DNA of 64,000 nucleotides from the human T2T-CHM13v2.0 reference genome, Homo sapiens, in assembly GCF_009914755.1 (NCBI RefSeq), contig NC_060932.1, one strand, 5' to 3'. The notes beneath the pieces are model-generated. The model was not told the DNA's origin. It saw nothing but the letters and a program-made list of their open reading frames with translations, and ran no database searches. Within the stretch, counting starts at the first letter, position 1. Each line of letters opens with the position of its first letter. Below, one piece after another: positions 28,014 to 43,466 of the stretch. Both the position numbers and the translations under genes were made by a program.

Positions 28014-30185
28014 AGTTCAGGTTTCAAAGTATAAGATCAATCTTATTTTATGTATAGTTTATGTGTAATTATAAATTGTATACTAATAAAGTCATTTTTA
28101 TAATTCTTTATTTCTTTTTCCAAGATACCCACCCCCCCCCCCACCAAGGAGGGCTAGGACAAGTGACAAAAGTCACCCCAGATCACAGCCAAATGGGTAG
28201 AGCTAGGAATCCGAAGTAGGTGATGAAGCTTGATTTTTCAAGATGCTGCAACCCCTCTCCCCCATATGCTACATTAAATATCTGGACCTATTTTAAGTGG
28301 GTTCTTTTCTGGGGTAATGAGGTTCTCTTCTGCCTCAGTTTTCCATGGCTGCAGAGCTCCTGCTGTTCCTTCTGCCTAGTTCACTCTTCTTTGCCTTGAC
28401 TGCACCTCTCTGAGCTACCTTCCTACCTCCATCCTTGCATTCATTAGGGGTTTCTTTATGTGTCCAGCTCACTGTGGGACCCAGGACTCCTTGAAGAGGG
28501 AGATCTTGCTCATCCATCTGTGTCCCCCACTCTACTGCCAACACAGTGGTAGGAAGGGAAGGCGGCAGGCTTAGGCGAGGTCCTGCAGGCTGGACAGGAT
28601 CTGTCACCATTACTTAGCCCAGGCCCATCTCTTTACTTCCAGACCAACTGGTGTCACCATAATGCCTTCTGGCAATTTGAAGATTCTGGCAACCTCTTAC
28701 CGGATGCAGCTGGCAGGATAATCCCTGTGCATTAGCCACTTTCAGAGGTATCTGGGCCCCCAAAAGAGTCACGGGAGTCCCAGACATGAAGGAGCATTAG
28801 TGGCCATCTCCCCACCTTGCTGTATCAGCAAAACTGCTAAGCCCTGACCCATATTTTGGGCAGTGCTCACCCTATCTCATTTTATCTTACTGTATATCTC
28901 GTTTGTATCATTTTATTAGGTATCTTATTTTATCTCATTATATGGTAATCTCATTTGCTGGGTAGACCAGTGAGGAGGGCTGGGACAAGTGACTGGAATT
29001 GCCCAAGGTCACAGACAAGTGAGGTTTAGAGTTAGGACTCCGAAGCAGGTGGCGGAGTCACCGTTGAGTTCATCATAGCGATGCTGGCTGCCTCAAAGTA
29101 CTGTTTTAGTTAATGCTCACAAGCAACTCTGCGAAGCAGACGGGCCATTCATTTGTGCTTCACAGTGTGGGAAACTGAGTCAGAGCAGGTTCATGTCACA
29201 CAGCTGATAAATGACAAAGCCAGATGTGAAGCCTGTGAGTTGGATTCCAACATTCATCTTTGATGAAGCGTTCAGGTTGGGGCCTGGTGTGGGACATGCT
29301 CAGAGGAGGACGAGGAGGATGATTTGGGGGAGGCCTCAGAAGGCGTTCCTGGTCTGAGTGTGCTGCTGTCACTGCCTTGGTTTGGGTCCCCGCTTCTGAG
29401 CAGGATCTTCTATTGGCAGAGGGTTCAATGCAGTGGGTGCCATGAAGGAAGATGTCTCCCCAACAGCATCACAGTCTCAGGGACTGTTCACATCACATTA
29501 AAAGCGCTGAGACTCTGGCTTTTGGTGAAAACGGCTATTTTGTCTTGTTCCACGGGAGCTGGGAAGAGGAGACTAAACACAGGAGCCTCCCCCTAACCCA
29601 GGGGCACATGGAGAAGGAGGAAGGCAGCCCATGCTGGGGAGCAAAAGGGAGAGAAGGCGAGGGCCAGAGCCCTGGGAAGTGTCAGATCCTGGTGTGCCGC
29701 GCTTCTCCCAGGTTGTATAATCAGCTGTCACTTCAGCATTTCCCTGCATCAGCCTTCCCAAGTACAGATTGAACATTAAACAAACAGTGACGGCTTTATA
29801 AATATTTAACTCCCACTGTTTAGGAATTGCTCGGGGCAGGAGACAAAATAAGAGTTCCTGGCTGTCTGCTCCATGCCCCCTCTGGCATGGTGTTGGAGGC
29901 CGGGGGTCAGAGATTTGGGGAGTGGTGGGCAGCAGCTATTCTCTTCTTCCTTTCCAGGGGGATGTGTTTGGGGACACATGTCTGTGTGTTCATGGAGCTG
30001 TTAGGGCCTCTTCTAGAAGCCACCAGTTTGCGTTTTCATACAGTGGCTGGGATCCATCATTGCTGGTGTTATTCCTTCACATCAGAGCAAACTTCTTCCT
30101 TTCTTTTTTATATATAGCAGCTTTATTGAGATATAATTCACATATAATTCACCTGAAACTCACCCATTTAAGGTATACAACACAA

Positions 30186-30802
<617 letters not shown>

Positions 30803-31487
30803 AACACAATTGTTCTTAATATATTCATGGAGTTGTGCAACCATCACCACAATCAATTTGAGAGCATTTTGATCACCCCAAAAAGAAATCGTTTTTATTA
30901 GCAGTCACCTCTTTATTCCCACAATTCTCTGCGTGCTAAGAAATTGTTGAGCTACTTGTACTACAAATATACCTATCCTGGAATGGTCTTTTGTGCCTGG
31001 CTTCTTTCACTTGGTGTAATGTTTTCAAGGTTTATCTGTGTTGTAGCATAGATCAGCATGTCATTTCTCCTTAGGGCTGAATACTGTTCCCTAGCACAAG
31101 TATATTGCATTTTTAAAAATCTACTCATCTGTTGATGAACATTTGGGGACAGCAAAGCTCTAGTTGAAAAATCAAGATGAAAAATCAAAAAAATATAGTT
31201 GAAAAAATCAAAAAAATCTAGTTGAAAAATCCAGCATCATGTGATTAAGGCCAAACTCAACTTCACAAAAGAGAGCCTCTACTATTTTGGGAAAGATCTA
31301 GAAGGTTATCTGTAAGCATATGGTGGATGTTACAATGTGTTCAGTGGACACGCCATTCAGCTTTTATTCAGCACTTACCATATGGTGGGCACTATGGTAG
31401 GATTCATTAATTAATTTATTGAAAATAATTATTGAGATTATATAGTCTTGTGAAAAGATTTATCAGAGGCTGTTCTGTGAATTTTAG

Positions 31488-31832
<345 letters not shown>

Positions 31833-32162
31833 TGAGTTTGTGTTCTCAGCTCGTTTCATTTGATTTCAGATGTCAGCTCTCTTTAGGAGAGAGGCGTGGA
31901 GAAAAGGTGGGACTCTCTGCAGTCCTGTTCTTGTTCTGCCCACTTCCCTCCAGTCATGGTCTCTGGCCGGCTCTCTTCTCCCCAGAGTGGTTCTTTTCCT
32001 GCCCCTGGTGTCCCTCTAAGACCCAGATGTTTCCAGCACCCATTTGAGAGGCTGATTCAGCCCAGGCAGTGTCTGGCCTAGGGAAGGTGACTGCAGGAAA
32101 TGTTAAAAAATGGGGGCTGTTATCATGCCTGAGCATCGCACAGTCCCTCCGTTGTGACTAAT

Positions 32163-32591
32163 TGTAGTGGTTGTTGTTGAAGGGCTGCCCCAGGTCCCCC
32201 TCCCTGGACCGGTACACTCACCCCAGCTGCCGAGACGGCGGCTGCTAATGTCCACTGCTGCTAATGTCCACAGCACCACTTCTCTGGAGATTAGCCTTCC
32301 TCCAACTGGAGCTGCTTCATCCGGGAAGTTGCTCACCCTGCACCAGCCCTGGCTGACTCAGGGGTGCAAAGGGCTGCTCCTCCTTGTTTCCATGTGGGGT
32401 AAACTCCATGGTGCGGTTCATGTTCCAGGGCATCCTGTGGATGGCCTGAGTTGGTCCCCAGCCGAGACCACCTCCTTCCCTTGCCTGGCTCTGCCACCTT
32501 CCCTTCCTTTCTCCTGAGGTTGCTCCCTGTTAAATCACACAGACAGACATTCCCTCCTCAGGATCTGTCCCCGGGTGCCCACCCTCAGACA
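32163..32591 (+). mobile_element. LTR16-family (LTR16C-like, ERVL) solo LTR
   Basis: TG...CA termini (tgtagtgg...ctcagaca). Internal ggtgcggttcatgttccag and ttctcctgag..ctccct..taaatcac match LTR16. Confidence 0.75.
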
Positions 32592-33880
32592 CTATCCGGC
32601 AACACGTTCCCTTTCCTGAGTCCCCTCTGATGATGTATCTGACTTGGAGATCCTTGGCCTGCTGGCTCTCTTTTCAGTTCTGTTCTGGAGAATAGAAGCT
32701 TCCTGGGCTGGCCTGTTGAGTGTTTTGTTTGGTTGGTTTTGATTTCCAAGTCTTTTCAGGCTAATCGGACACGAGGAAAGGTCTGCATTGAATCACAGCC
32801 TTGGCACTGTTCCCCCCTTCCTTCCCTCCTCCGTTCATTCCCCCGAACATCCTTTTCTGTGCCGACAATGACCTCAGCAGAAAGGGGAAAAGGACGTGGG
32901 AAGGCTGCATGGGAAACTCATGGAACTTGGTAGCAAACAGCTCTGGGTTCAAGTCCGGGCCCTGTTGCTCAGGAGCCAGGCACTCAGTTGTGGTGGCTTC
33001 TCTAACCGGGAACTTCTTCTATGAAAATGGGACTATTCGTCTCTACTCCTTGCATTATTGTGGGGATCGGAAATAATCTGGGTCAATGATGTGGTGCAGT
33101 GACTAGCATCGAGGGGACACCCTCTCCACACAGGCTGGAAAGACATCCAGAAGGAGTCCTGGGCTCCCTCACCACGCAGGGGCTCAGCCTCGCCAGATAG
33201 TTGTCATCACCCATCCAGGCCCGTTTCTGGTCTCATTGCTTTTGTTCATGTACTTTCCTCCTGGGTTGCTCTTCCTTTTCTCTCTGACCTGTCAAAAAGC
33301 CCCATTGTAAGCAACATTTAAATGCTACCTCTTCCATGAAGCCCTTTTGGATGCCTCTTAGGGGGATGAGTTCTTTCCATCCTAGCACTGCTTGCTGCAT
33401 GGTCCAGGATCTGTGGGGCCTGTCTTCTTTACCACTTTGCTCACTTCATGAATGTGGGGGTGTATGAAGAGTATGATGAAATTAGAGGCTATGTTCTGGA
33501 GTCAGACTGATCAGTACTGGGATTCTGGCCATACCCCCTCCTTAGCTGGGTGACTTTAGGCAACTGACTGTACCATCCTGAAAGTCATCTGTAAGCCGTG
33601 CTGACCCCCCAACCACAGGACACTTGTGCCCGCTGCAGGTGCTCTGTCAGCAGTGACTTCTCACTACCTGGCATCCTCTGAATTCACGAGCAGTTTGAAG
33701 AATGAGCAAATACTGAGCAAAGCTCATAGGATTAAATACACACAGACCTGTGTAAGTTAACACCAAGCTAAGGGTTAAATACTTTACAAAAATTCTCAGT
33801 GCGGTTGGTGGGTGAGAAGGGCTGTCGTCCCCTCTGGCTGCCTTGCCAAGCTGGTAGAGGGGCCATCTCCCACTACCTAC

Positions 33881-34324
33881 TGACAAAGATTCTTTGCTTG
33901 ACCCAATTACCCAATTTAATCAGACACTTAAGTCTTTTCCTAGGCCCATCTGTGTACTTCCTGTAAAATCTAGTTTTAGCAAAAAACTCTGCTGAGTCAG
34001 TTTGGTAAGGACCACCGGCCGTCAATATCTTCCATATCTGATAGATAGGGTTCCTCATCTTCTACCACCCTCCAGATGATGTCTGGTCACCCTGGCCTGC
34101 CTTTAGCAAGAATCTTGATAGGTTGATTTAACCAGAATCCCCCTTACTCCTGATGTTGCCTGTTAGTAATTTTCTATCCTCTGACCCCCACCCTGCTTCT
34201 TGGCTGTGAATTTCCACTTGCTCAGGCTGTATTGAGTTGAGCCCTATCTTTCTCCTACACTGCAAATTCCCATTGCCGTGGTCCCTATACCTATCAGGAT
34301 GGTCCTGAATTGTCTTCTTTATCA
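33881..34324 (+). mobile_element. MER31 (ERV1) solo LTR
   Basis: tgacaaagattct...ctaggcccatctgtg...ccagaatcccccttac...gtggtccctatacctatc matches MER31. Confidence 0.85.
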
Positions 34325-35373
34325 TCTGCTCTGCTCTGCCAGAGCTTAAGCCCAGGCAGCTGAGTTAAAAGTGTGACCAAATGGACCATCTTGTCCCTGA
34401 AAATTGGGACCTAAGCTCGATTCCGAGATTTAATCATGGCAGAGGAGTTTACTCTGCTAACCACCATCACCCCACCCTATCCCCCAGAGGGGTGCGGTGA
34501 GTAAGGGGGTGGCAACTGGTTGTTTCCAATCTCCCATCTCTCTCTGGCCCTCCTCTGTCTCTGGCCTCCCTTCTCCCTTTGAAAGGGACACAGTGCTGCT
34601 CACAGCCTGTCCTGCTGCGGTGGCTGCAGAGAGGGGCTGAGAATAAGCCTGTGTCCGAGGCAGCCCTCCAAATACAGCAGGGCTGGGTTGACCTTTAAAT
34701 AGATGGGCTCTGGGCCACTCAGTTCCTGGAAGTTTGAAGAAAGTCAGCCTTTCAAGTGATGCGACTTCCAACCTCAGGAAAGATCGCTGTGTTTGTAAAG
34801 GGTATAATTTACTGTTGCTTTTGCACTTCATGATATGCGGCTGCACAGCCAGTGGGAGCCAGCATGCCAGAATTAGGAGGGGAAAATCCTCAAGTATTTT
34901 AATATACCCCTACTTAGAAGCAAGATAAACATATGTATTGTACTTTGGGACAGAAGCAAGGGGGGTTTAGCGGGTGGGAAAGGGAGAGTCCTGGCATTGC
35001 ATGAAAGGTCTTTTTAAGCTGAACTCTGAGGGTTTTCAGTTTTTCATTTTTCTGTTTTTTTTTTTTTTTTTTATTTGTAAGCAAAGCTGGCATGAGCAAA
35101 TGATGCCAGGATCTACTTGGCTGTGTAAAAGCTGTAGTCCCTCCTCAGACAGGCAGACTGCTAGAACCCTCCCTAAGCCATAAACTAGTACACCGTTTTG
35201 CCTCGCCCAATTAAAAATGATTGGGTGTGGGTTGTCATCACAGTTGACTTAGATGATTTACTTTCTTCCAGGAAATCTTCCTCCCAACTCTTGCTTTGCA
35301 ATTAGGCAAAAGAAAAATAAATGTTAATATGTTCTGTGCTCCCAGGGAAAATTTTTTTAAAAAGAAAATAAAA

Positions 35374-35970
<597 letters not shown>

Positions 35971-35975
35971 AATAA

Positions 35976-36314
<339 letters not shown>

Positions 36315-36762
36315 TAATCTTTTCAGTGGAGAATAAAATAAACCCGGGTTTGAATTCTGACCCTTTAAATTTACTCAGGGTTTGACTTCAGCCAGGGAAC
36401 ATAACCTTTCTGTGCCTCAGTTTCCTCATTTTTCAAAACAAAGATGGTGTGTGTGTGCATCTCCATCTATGAGTTGTTGTGAATAGGAATGTAGGGGCCC
36501 CAGCAGGGTGTGTAAAGGTACCAGTTCCTGGGGCGTCAAAGGTTTTTCTTTCCCTTCGTACCCCCTCACTGACATGCCCAGGTCTGTCTGTGTAGAGCAG
36601 TGGGTGGATTTACAGACTCCGCTGAGAACCCCCTTATAGCATATTTTCAGGTTCGTGATGATATCATGGGCTGTGACCCTGGGAGTTTAATTGGAATGAA
36701 TTTCAAGGTTTTGTTAAACTTGGCTAGAATCTTCCTATATCTCCAGCAAGATATTGATGGGG

Positions 36763-37060
36763 TTTTTGTTGTTGCTGTTGTTTTTGAGACAGGGTCTTGC
36801 TCTGTCACCCAGGCTGGAGTTCAGTGGTGCCGTCACTGCAGCCTCAACCTCCCAGGCTCAAGGGATCCTCCCCTTCAGCGTCCCTAGTAGCTGGGACTAC
36901 AGGTGCGCTCCACCACACCCAGCTAGTTTTTGAATTTTTTTGTAGTGATGGGGTTTCACTATGTTGCCCACGCTGGTCTCAAACTCCTGGGCTCAAGCCA
37001 TCTGCCTACCTTAGCCTCATAAAGTGCTGGAATTGCAGGTGTGAGCCACTGCACCTGGCC
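36763..37060 (-). mobile_element. AluJ
   Basis: J diagnostics (cagcctcaacctcccaggctcaag, ctcctgggctcaag). Confidence 0.9.
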
Positions 37061-37309
37061 AAGAACTTGGTGTTTCTTATTTCCAAGCTTATCTCCTCTG
37101 TTATTTGCTCCCAGGGAGACCCCTTTTCCATTTATGTTTCCAGGGTGCTGGGGGGAAGTGATTGCCCTCATCTCTTTTGCCCAGCCACCAAACCCAGTGC
37201 AGACTCTGCTGAATGCAGGCCCCATCTCTGTATTTTACTTATTCCATTTCCTGTCTTGAAGGTGGGGGCACTATGTTTATCTCTAGGACCCTGACTGGCT
37301 CATCATTGA

Positions 37310-37530
37310 AAGCTTATTTTGTGCAAAGCATTGTTCTGAGCACTGTGTGTGTATGATTCTACTTCATCCTCTGTAACCCTAGCAGTCCGGTCAAATAGTA
37401 TCATTTTATAGACAAGGCAACTGAGGCACAGAGCAGCTCAGCAGCTTGCCCAGATCACACAGCTGGAAAGTGGTAGAGCTGGAATCTGGATGGGTGCTGG
37501 CAGCCTGGCCTCAGAGTCGGTGCTAACCAC
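37310..37530 (-). mobile_element. MIR
   Basis: cattttatagacaaggcaactgaggcacagag...ttgcccagatcacacagct. Confidence 0.75.
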
Positions 37531-38319
37531 TGAGCGGCACTGCCACCCAACGGATGGGAGCCTGCAGGATGAGGCCATGGGAATTGATTTCACTCAGCGC
37601 GAGCCAAGCAGAACTCCCGTCCAGACCTCTGTCCACCACCCTAATAAAGCCAGTGTTTACACAGGCTGGAGGTGCTCATCAGATGTTTTTGCCAATCCCC
37701 AAATACGGCCAGGGCCAGAAAGTGAGAGGGGTGCCTATTATGTAAGGCCCTGCGGCTGGTCCCCAGACAATGCCACTTCCTCGCTTGGCGCTGTGTGACT
37801 GCATAACAACGGGTTACTCATTTCCTCTGGAAAACTTCACAGGGCCTCTTTGCCCCATTTCCTCCTCCCACCCCATCCTCAGGCTTCCTCTGTTGAATTT
37901 TCTCCAGATTCCTGGGAACACCACCATGGAGGGCCTGGCCTTTGGCGGTGGACAGTCTGTGGCTGGGTGGGAACGTCAGGAGTGGGGCCTGCCTCTTTGC
38001 TGGGAATGCCGTGCACTCCCAGCCCACTTGCCCCATGCCAGCACTCGAGGCAGGTGAGGCCCAGCCATGGGTATAAGGTGCTCCCAGGGCGGGATTAGCC
38101 TCAAGGAGGCAGGGGGTCCATGTTTCTGCTCCTCTCCCATTACTAACGGGTGTCTGCTTTAGGTTTGATCTCCCTCCCTTCTGCCCCTCTCCTGGTAAAG
38201 GGATGAATAATGAAGGCCTTCCTTGGGAAGTCTGAGATGGATTACCCCAAGGAGGCTCGAACATGGGAGGACATGCGAGAACTATTGTCACATGAGTTTT
38301 CTTTCTATCCTGTCTGCAG

Positions 38320-38555
38320 GACTTCGCAGGTGAGCAGTAACGGAAATCAGCCCCGTTTATTCCTCCCAGCACCTGCCTTATCCAACTCCCCACGCTGTGG
38401 CTGAGTCCCAGCCTGCTATGGAAGCATCACTGGACTCCCATTGAACTCTGTGCAGATTCGCTGTTCGTAGACATGGTACCTGATGGACACCAAGCTACGT
38501 ACAGCTTCAAGGCCCCTTCTTTCTTTGCTAATAAAAAATAAAAAATAAAAACATA
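38320..38555 (+). ncRNA. PVT1: Probable PVT1 alternative terminal exon
   Basis: Acceptor ttttctttctatcctgtctgcag| (AG 38318-38319), unique sequence, then tandem AATAAA from 38530 and U-rich downstream sequence. I recall a short PVT1 isoform ending about here (unverified). 3' end approximate. Confidence 0.6.
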
Positions 38556-38915
38556 ATACACGTTATATTTCTATCTTATAATACACATTTCTTATTTTTA
38601 TCTCAATAAGCTGATATATAGTAGATATACACATCTCTGACTGTACATACATACACAAACACACACACACGTACATGCATGTATATGCGTATCTATCTCC
38701 AATGCATGTGGAGTGTTGTGCCAGGTCATCCTCACATTTAATTTTTCTGTTCTATTTATCATTCTTAAGGATTGTCAGGCATTAGGGATTTATCTATAGC
38801 AATTTGGATCTTAGCAGTTCTTTTCATGGGTTATCTTATTTTTTCCTTCCAACAACCTTGGAGGCTATAAAAGGGCATATTATTGCCCTTTTATAGATGG
38901 GAATTAATTTATTAG

Positions 38916-39350
<435 letters not shown>

Positions 39351-40834
39351 TAGGTGGGTATAGTTTCTTAATGTGCACACCATCGTAAAGTGGAGACCCT
39401 GTGCGTGAGATGTGTGCTGTGTACAGGGTGGGCAGGAGAGAGACTGGTGAGGGGATGATGCCCTTATGCTGGAAGGGGCAAGATGAAGCCTCTCTGGGTT
39501 TGGTGGGACCTTGGAGACATCTGCCTAGTGTGTGGTCACCCAGAGGCCAAGGATGTGCTGTTTCTACTTGCTTGCTGCTTTCTCTGGGAGTGGCCATTTC
39601 TTCCAAGGCAGTGTAAGAGCCTGGGCATAGGAGCCAGGCAGAACTGTGTGGGGATGTTGCCTCCATAGCTTTCTAGATGAGCAACCTTAGGAAAGTTTGA
39701 ACAGTTTCTCTACATCCTGGGTTCTTCATCCATGAAATGGGAATTATTGTTTGAGCCTCTAAAGTGAGACAGTCAAATGAGATGGGCATTTGAAGCCTTC
39801 AGCAGGGTTCCAGCCTCACAGCTAACTCTCAACTAGCTGTGATGGTTACAGAGCTGTAGGTTGCTCATAAGTCAACATTGTAGTTGCTGGAGCCATCAAC
39901 TCAGCTATAGGATACAACACTGAGCCCTTTTCACTATCCTTTGATGGGTCTCCTTTTCCCTAGTATGGGCCATCGGCTAAGGTGATTGAAAAAGGGCCTT
40001 TCATGTTTTCAAAGGGGCAAAGAAACTTCAGTAGTTGGTTGGGCATTTTATTGAGTAGAGGTGACTCCATGCAGTTCTTTTTGGGGGAAGGATGCTGCAC
40101 ATTCCAGGGTTTAACAAAAATTTATTGAATGCTTACTTTGCCCCAGGTACCTGTCTTGGTAAAGGTGATAAATAAGACAGCCTCATCCTCATCTTCATCA
40201 AGCCACCAGTCTGGTGGTGGTGACTGGGGTGGGGACTGCTGAGGCATTGGGCCCCTTGAAGCCTTCCCTCTGGGTGTCTTCCTCCCCAGGATGGTCTGGG
40301 CTCTCTCGGGATGGGAGGAAGTTGGTCTGAAAGTGCCTCAGTGATCGCTGAAATAGGTTTGCCAAAGATAGAGGGGAAAGAGTTGGCCAGCCTTTGTTTA
40401 GGGACTCCCAGAATGGTCTTAGGTCAGGAAAGAGTGAATGGGTACATTTCTCCCAATTTCTGGGCTGGAGATTCCAAACTGACTCCTTCATGGCAGGCTT
40501 CCTTATCTCTGCAACATTTGTTTACATGTTCCCTTCATAGATTTCTAACAGGATGAAGACTTTGTTCCTTGGGGTAAGGGTCTACCTCCAGGTGTGTGGG
40601 GAAAAGTTGAGAAGCTGCTAAATTCTTGGCTTTGACTTATCAATGGTTTTTCGGAGGGCCTGGAGCTGGGCTGGGACTGATCAAATTTGGTAATTGCTTA
40701 GGCAGCCTCCACTTTTGTTGCTCCTGGGGCCAGATGGCGTTGGGCTAGAAACAATATCGGGGAGTTCTGTTTGGTTTTAACTGCTGTACCTGGGTGCTCT
40801 GTTATCCAACCAGGCCCTCTCCTAAGTTCTCTTC

Positions 40835-41128
40835 TTTTTTTTTGAGACAGAGTTTCACTCTTGTTGCCCAGGCTGGAGTGTAATGGCGCTATCTCACAGC
40901 AACCTCTGCCTCCCAGGTTCAAGCCATTCTCCTGCCTCAGCCGCCGTAGTAGCTGGGATTACAGGCATGCACCACCACACCCAGCTAATTTTGTATTTTT
41001 AGTAGAGACGGGGTTTCTCCATGTTGGTCAGGCTGGTCTCGAGCTCCGGACCTCAGGTGATCTGCCCGCCTCGGCCTCCCAAAGTGCTGGGATTACAGGC
41101 GTGAGCCCTGTAATCCCGGTGCCCAGCC
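40835..41128 (-). mobile_element. AluSp
   Basis: Sp diagnostics. TSD agttctcttctttttt. Confidence 0.93.
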
Positions 41129-41889
41129 AGTTCTCTTCTTTTTTTAAGCCTCTTCCTTTAGAAGGAAGAAAACATAATCTATATGCTGGCTGGCTCTACA
41201 CAGCAGCAGGCATCACAAGGGGTTTTTGTCTGCTTTTGCTTCTGAAGGTGAACCCACTATCTATTTAGAGAGGCCAGGTCAGGGTGTGTGTGTGTGTGTG
41301 TGTCTTTTTCCCTAGGGTGGGTATTTTCATTCAGGAAGGTGTTGTTATGATCCCCTGTTGTAGAAGAAGCAGTGAAGTTTTAGGGAGATGAAGTGCTTTG
41401 TCTGATGTCACACAACTGATAGATGACAGAATCACATATGTATTCAGGGGTCTGGTCCAAAGCCTAGAAGAAGGTGAGCCATGCGTGGCCCGATGGCACA
41501 GAGCATGAGCTCTGGTTGCACAATCGTGGGAGGTTACTTAATCTTGAGAAACCTCAGTTTTCTTATCTGTAAAATGGGACAGTATGTATCCCAAAGGGCC
41601 ATTTTGACCATTTATCAAAGTCAGTTTCTCCTCCGTATGGAGCGGAGAACAGTGTCCAGCATGCAGTACGTGCTCTGATGATCTTGGCTGTAATGACCAT
41701 CCTGGTTAGGGTGGATTTGGCCAAAAGCTGGAGTAACTGGTAGCTTCCTGATCTGAGAGGTGTCAGTGGGTGGTGTGGCCCAAAGATTGAGAATCTTGTC
41801 AGGGGTGGCCACGTGAGGGTGGAAGTGGTTTGAATGAGGAATGGTCTTGAGGTAAGAGTTGGACAAACAGTGTCTTCTCTCTCTCTCTC

Positions 41890-42252
<363 letters not shown>

Positions 42253-43102
42253 TAGAACTCTCTATTGAATGAGGATCACTCCATTGTGCCAGCTGCTCTC
42301 ATATTGCTTTGATGGCCTTTCTCAGAAAGGAGAAAGGTGGTGCTGGGTGTGGCTTTGGCTTCCTATGGCCGCCCCAATGCTGGTCTGACACTTTCTGAAT
42401 CTGGTTTGTGGTTGGATCTGTGCATCCTACCGCTCCACTCCATGTCCTGGCCTTGGAGAAATCATTTCCCTCCCGCCGTGATTGTTCACCTTCAAAGGTC
42501 AACAAAGGCAGTAGGCACTGCTGAGCTCTTGCAGCCTTCAGGGCTGAGCTGCTTCCTCTCCTGCTTCCAGTGAGGGGTTGCTTGAGGGTGCCTTTAGGAA
42601 GGAACCTCACCCCTAATGTAACTTGAGCAGGTCTTTGCTCTAAACTCTTCGCTGGGAACATACCCTCCCGTGGGACTTGGCATGGCACCCACCTCTGCAG
42701 AGCCACCTGTGCCACAGAATAACCTCTTCTCCCTAGACACACTGTGTGTCCTTGGTTGGATTCTCTAGATGGGAGGGACCGGCTGAAGCATAACTGTGTA
42801 TGTTCACATATGTGCCTTGGAAGAGTTTTATACAGGAAAGGATTTGTAAATCAGAAAAATGAATGCTGGTATCTAATTTCCTGTCCCCGTTTTAAGTCCA
42901 GACCAAGTCACCTAACCCCTCGGGCTTGCAGCCCGCATCATCCACTGGGTGATTACCTTGAGTTATCTGGTTCAGTCCCTTTGCTGTGGGCACCCTCTTT
43001 ACCTCTACAAGTAAACTGCAATTAATCTGACAGCAGGGGCAAGGGAACTGACGAGTCTTGGGTGCAAATCTTGAGATGCTTTGGCACATTATCTAATTCA
43101 TT

Positions 43103-43402
43103 GTTTTTCTTTTCTTTTTTCTTTTCTTTTCTTTTTTTTTTAGACAGGCTGGAGTGCAGTGGCACGATCTTGGCTCACTGCAACCTCTGCCTCCTGGGTT
43201 CAAGTGATTTTTGTGCCTCTAGCCTCCTGAGTAGCTGGGATTCCAGGTGTGTGCCATCACGCCCAGCTAATTTTTGTATTTTTAGTAGAGACAGGGTTTT
43301 GCCATGTAGGTCAGGCTAGTCTAGAAGTCTGGCCTTAAGTGATCCACCCTCCTTGGGCAGGGTGCCACCTGCCTGAAAGAAAATGCCCACCCTAGGGAAA
43401 AA

Positions 43403-43466
<64 letters not shown>

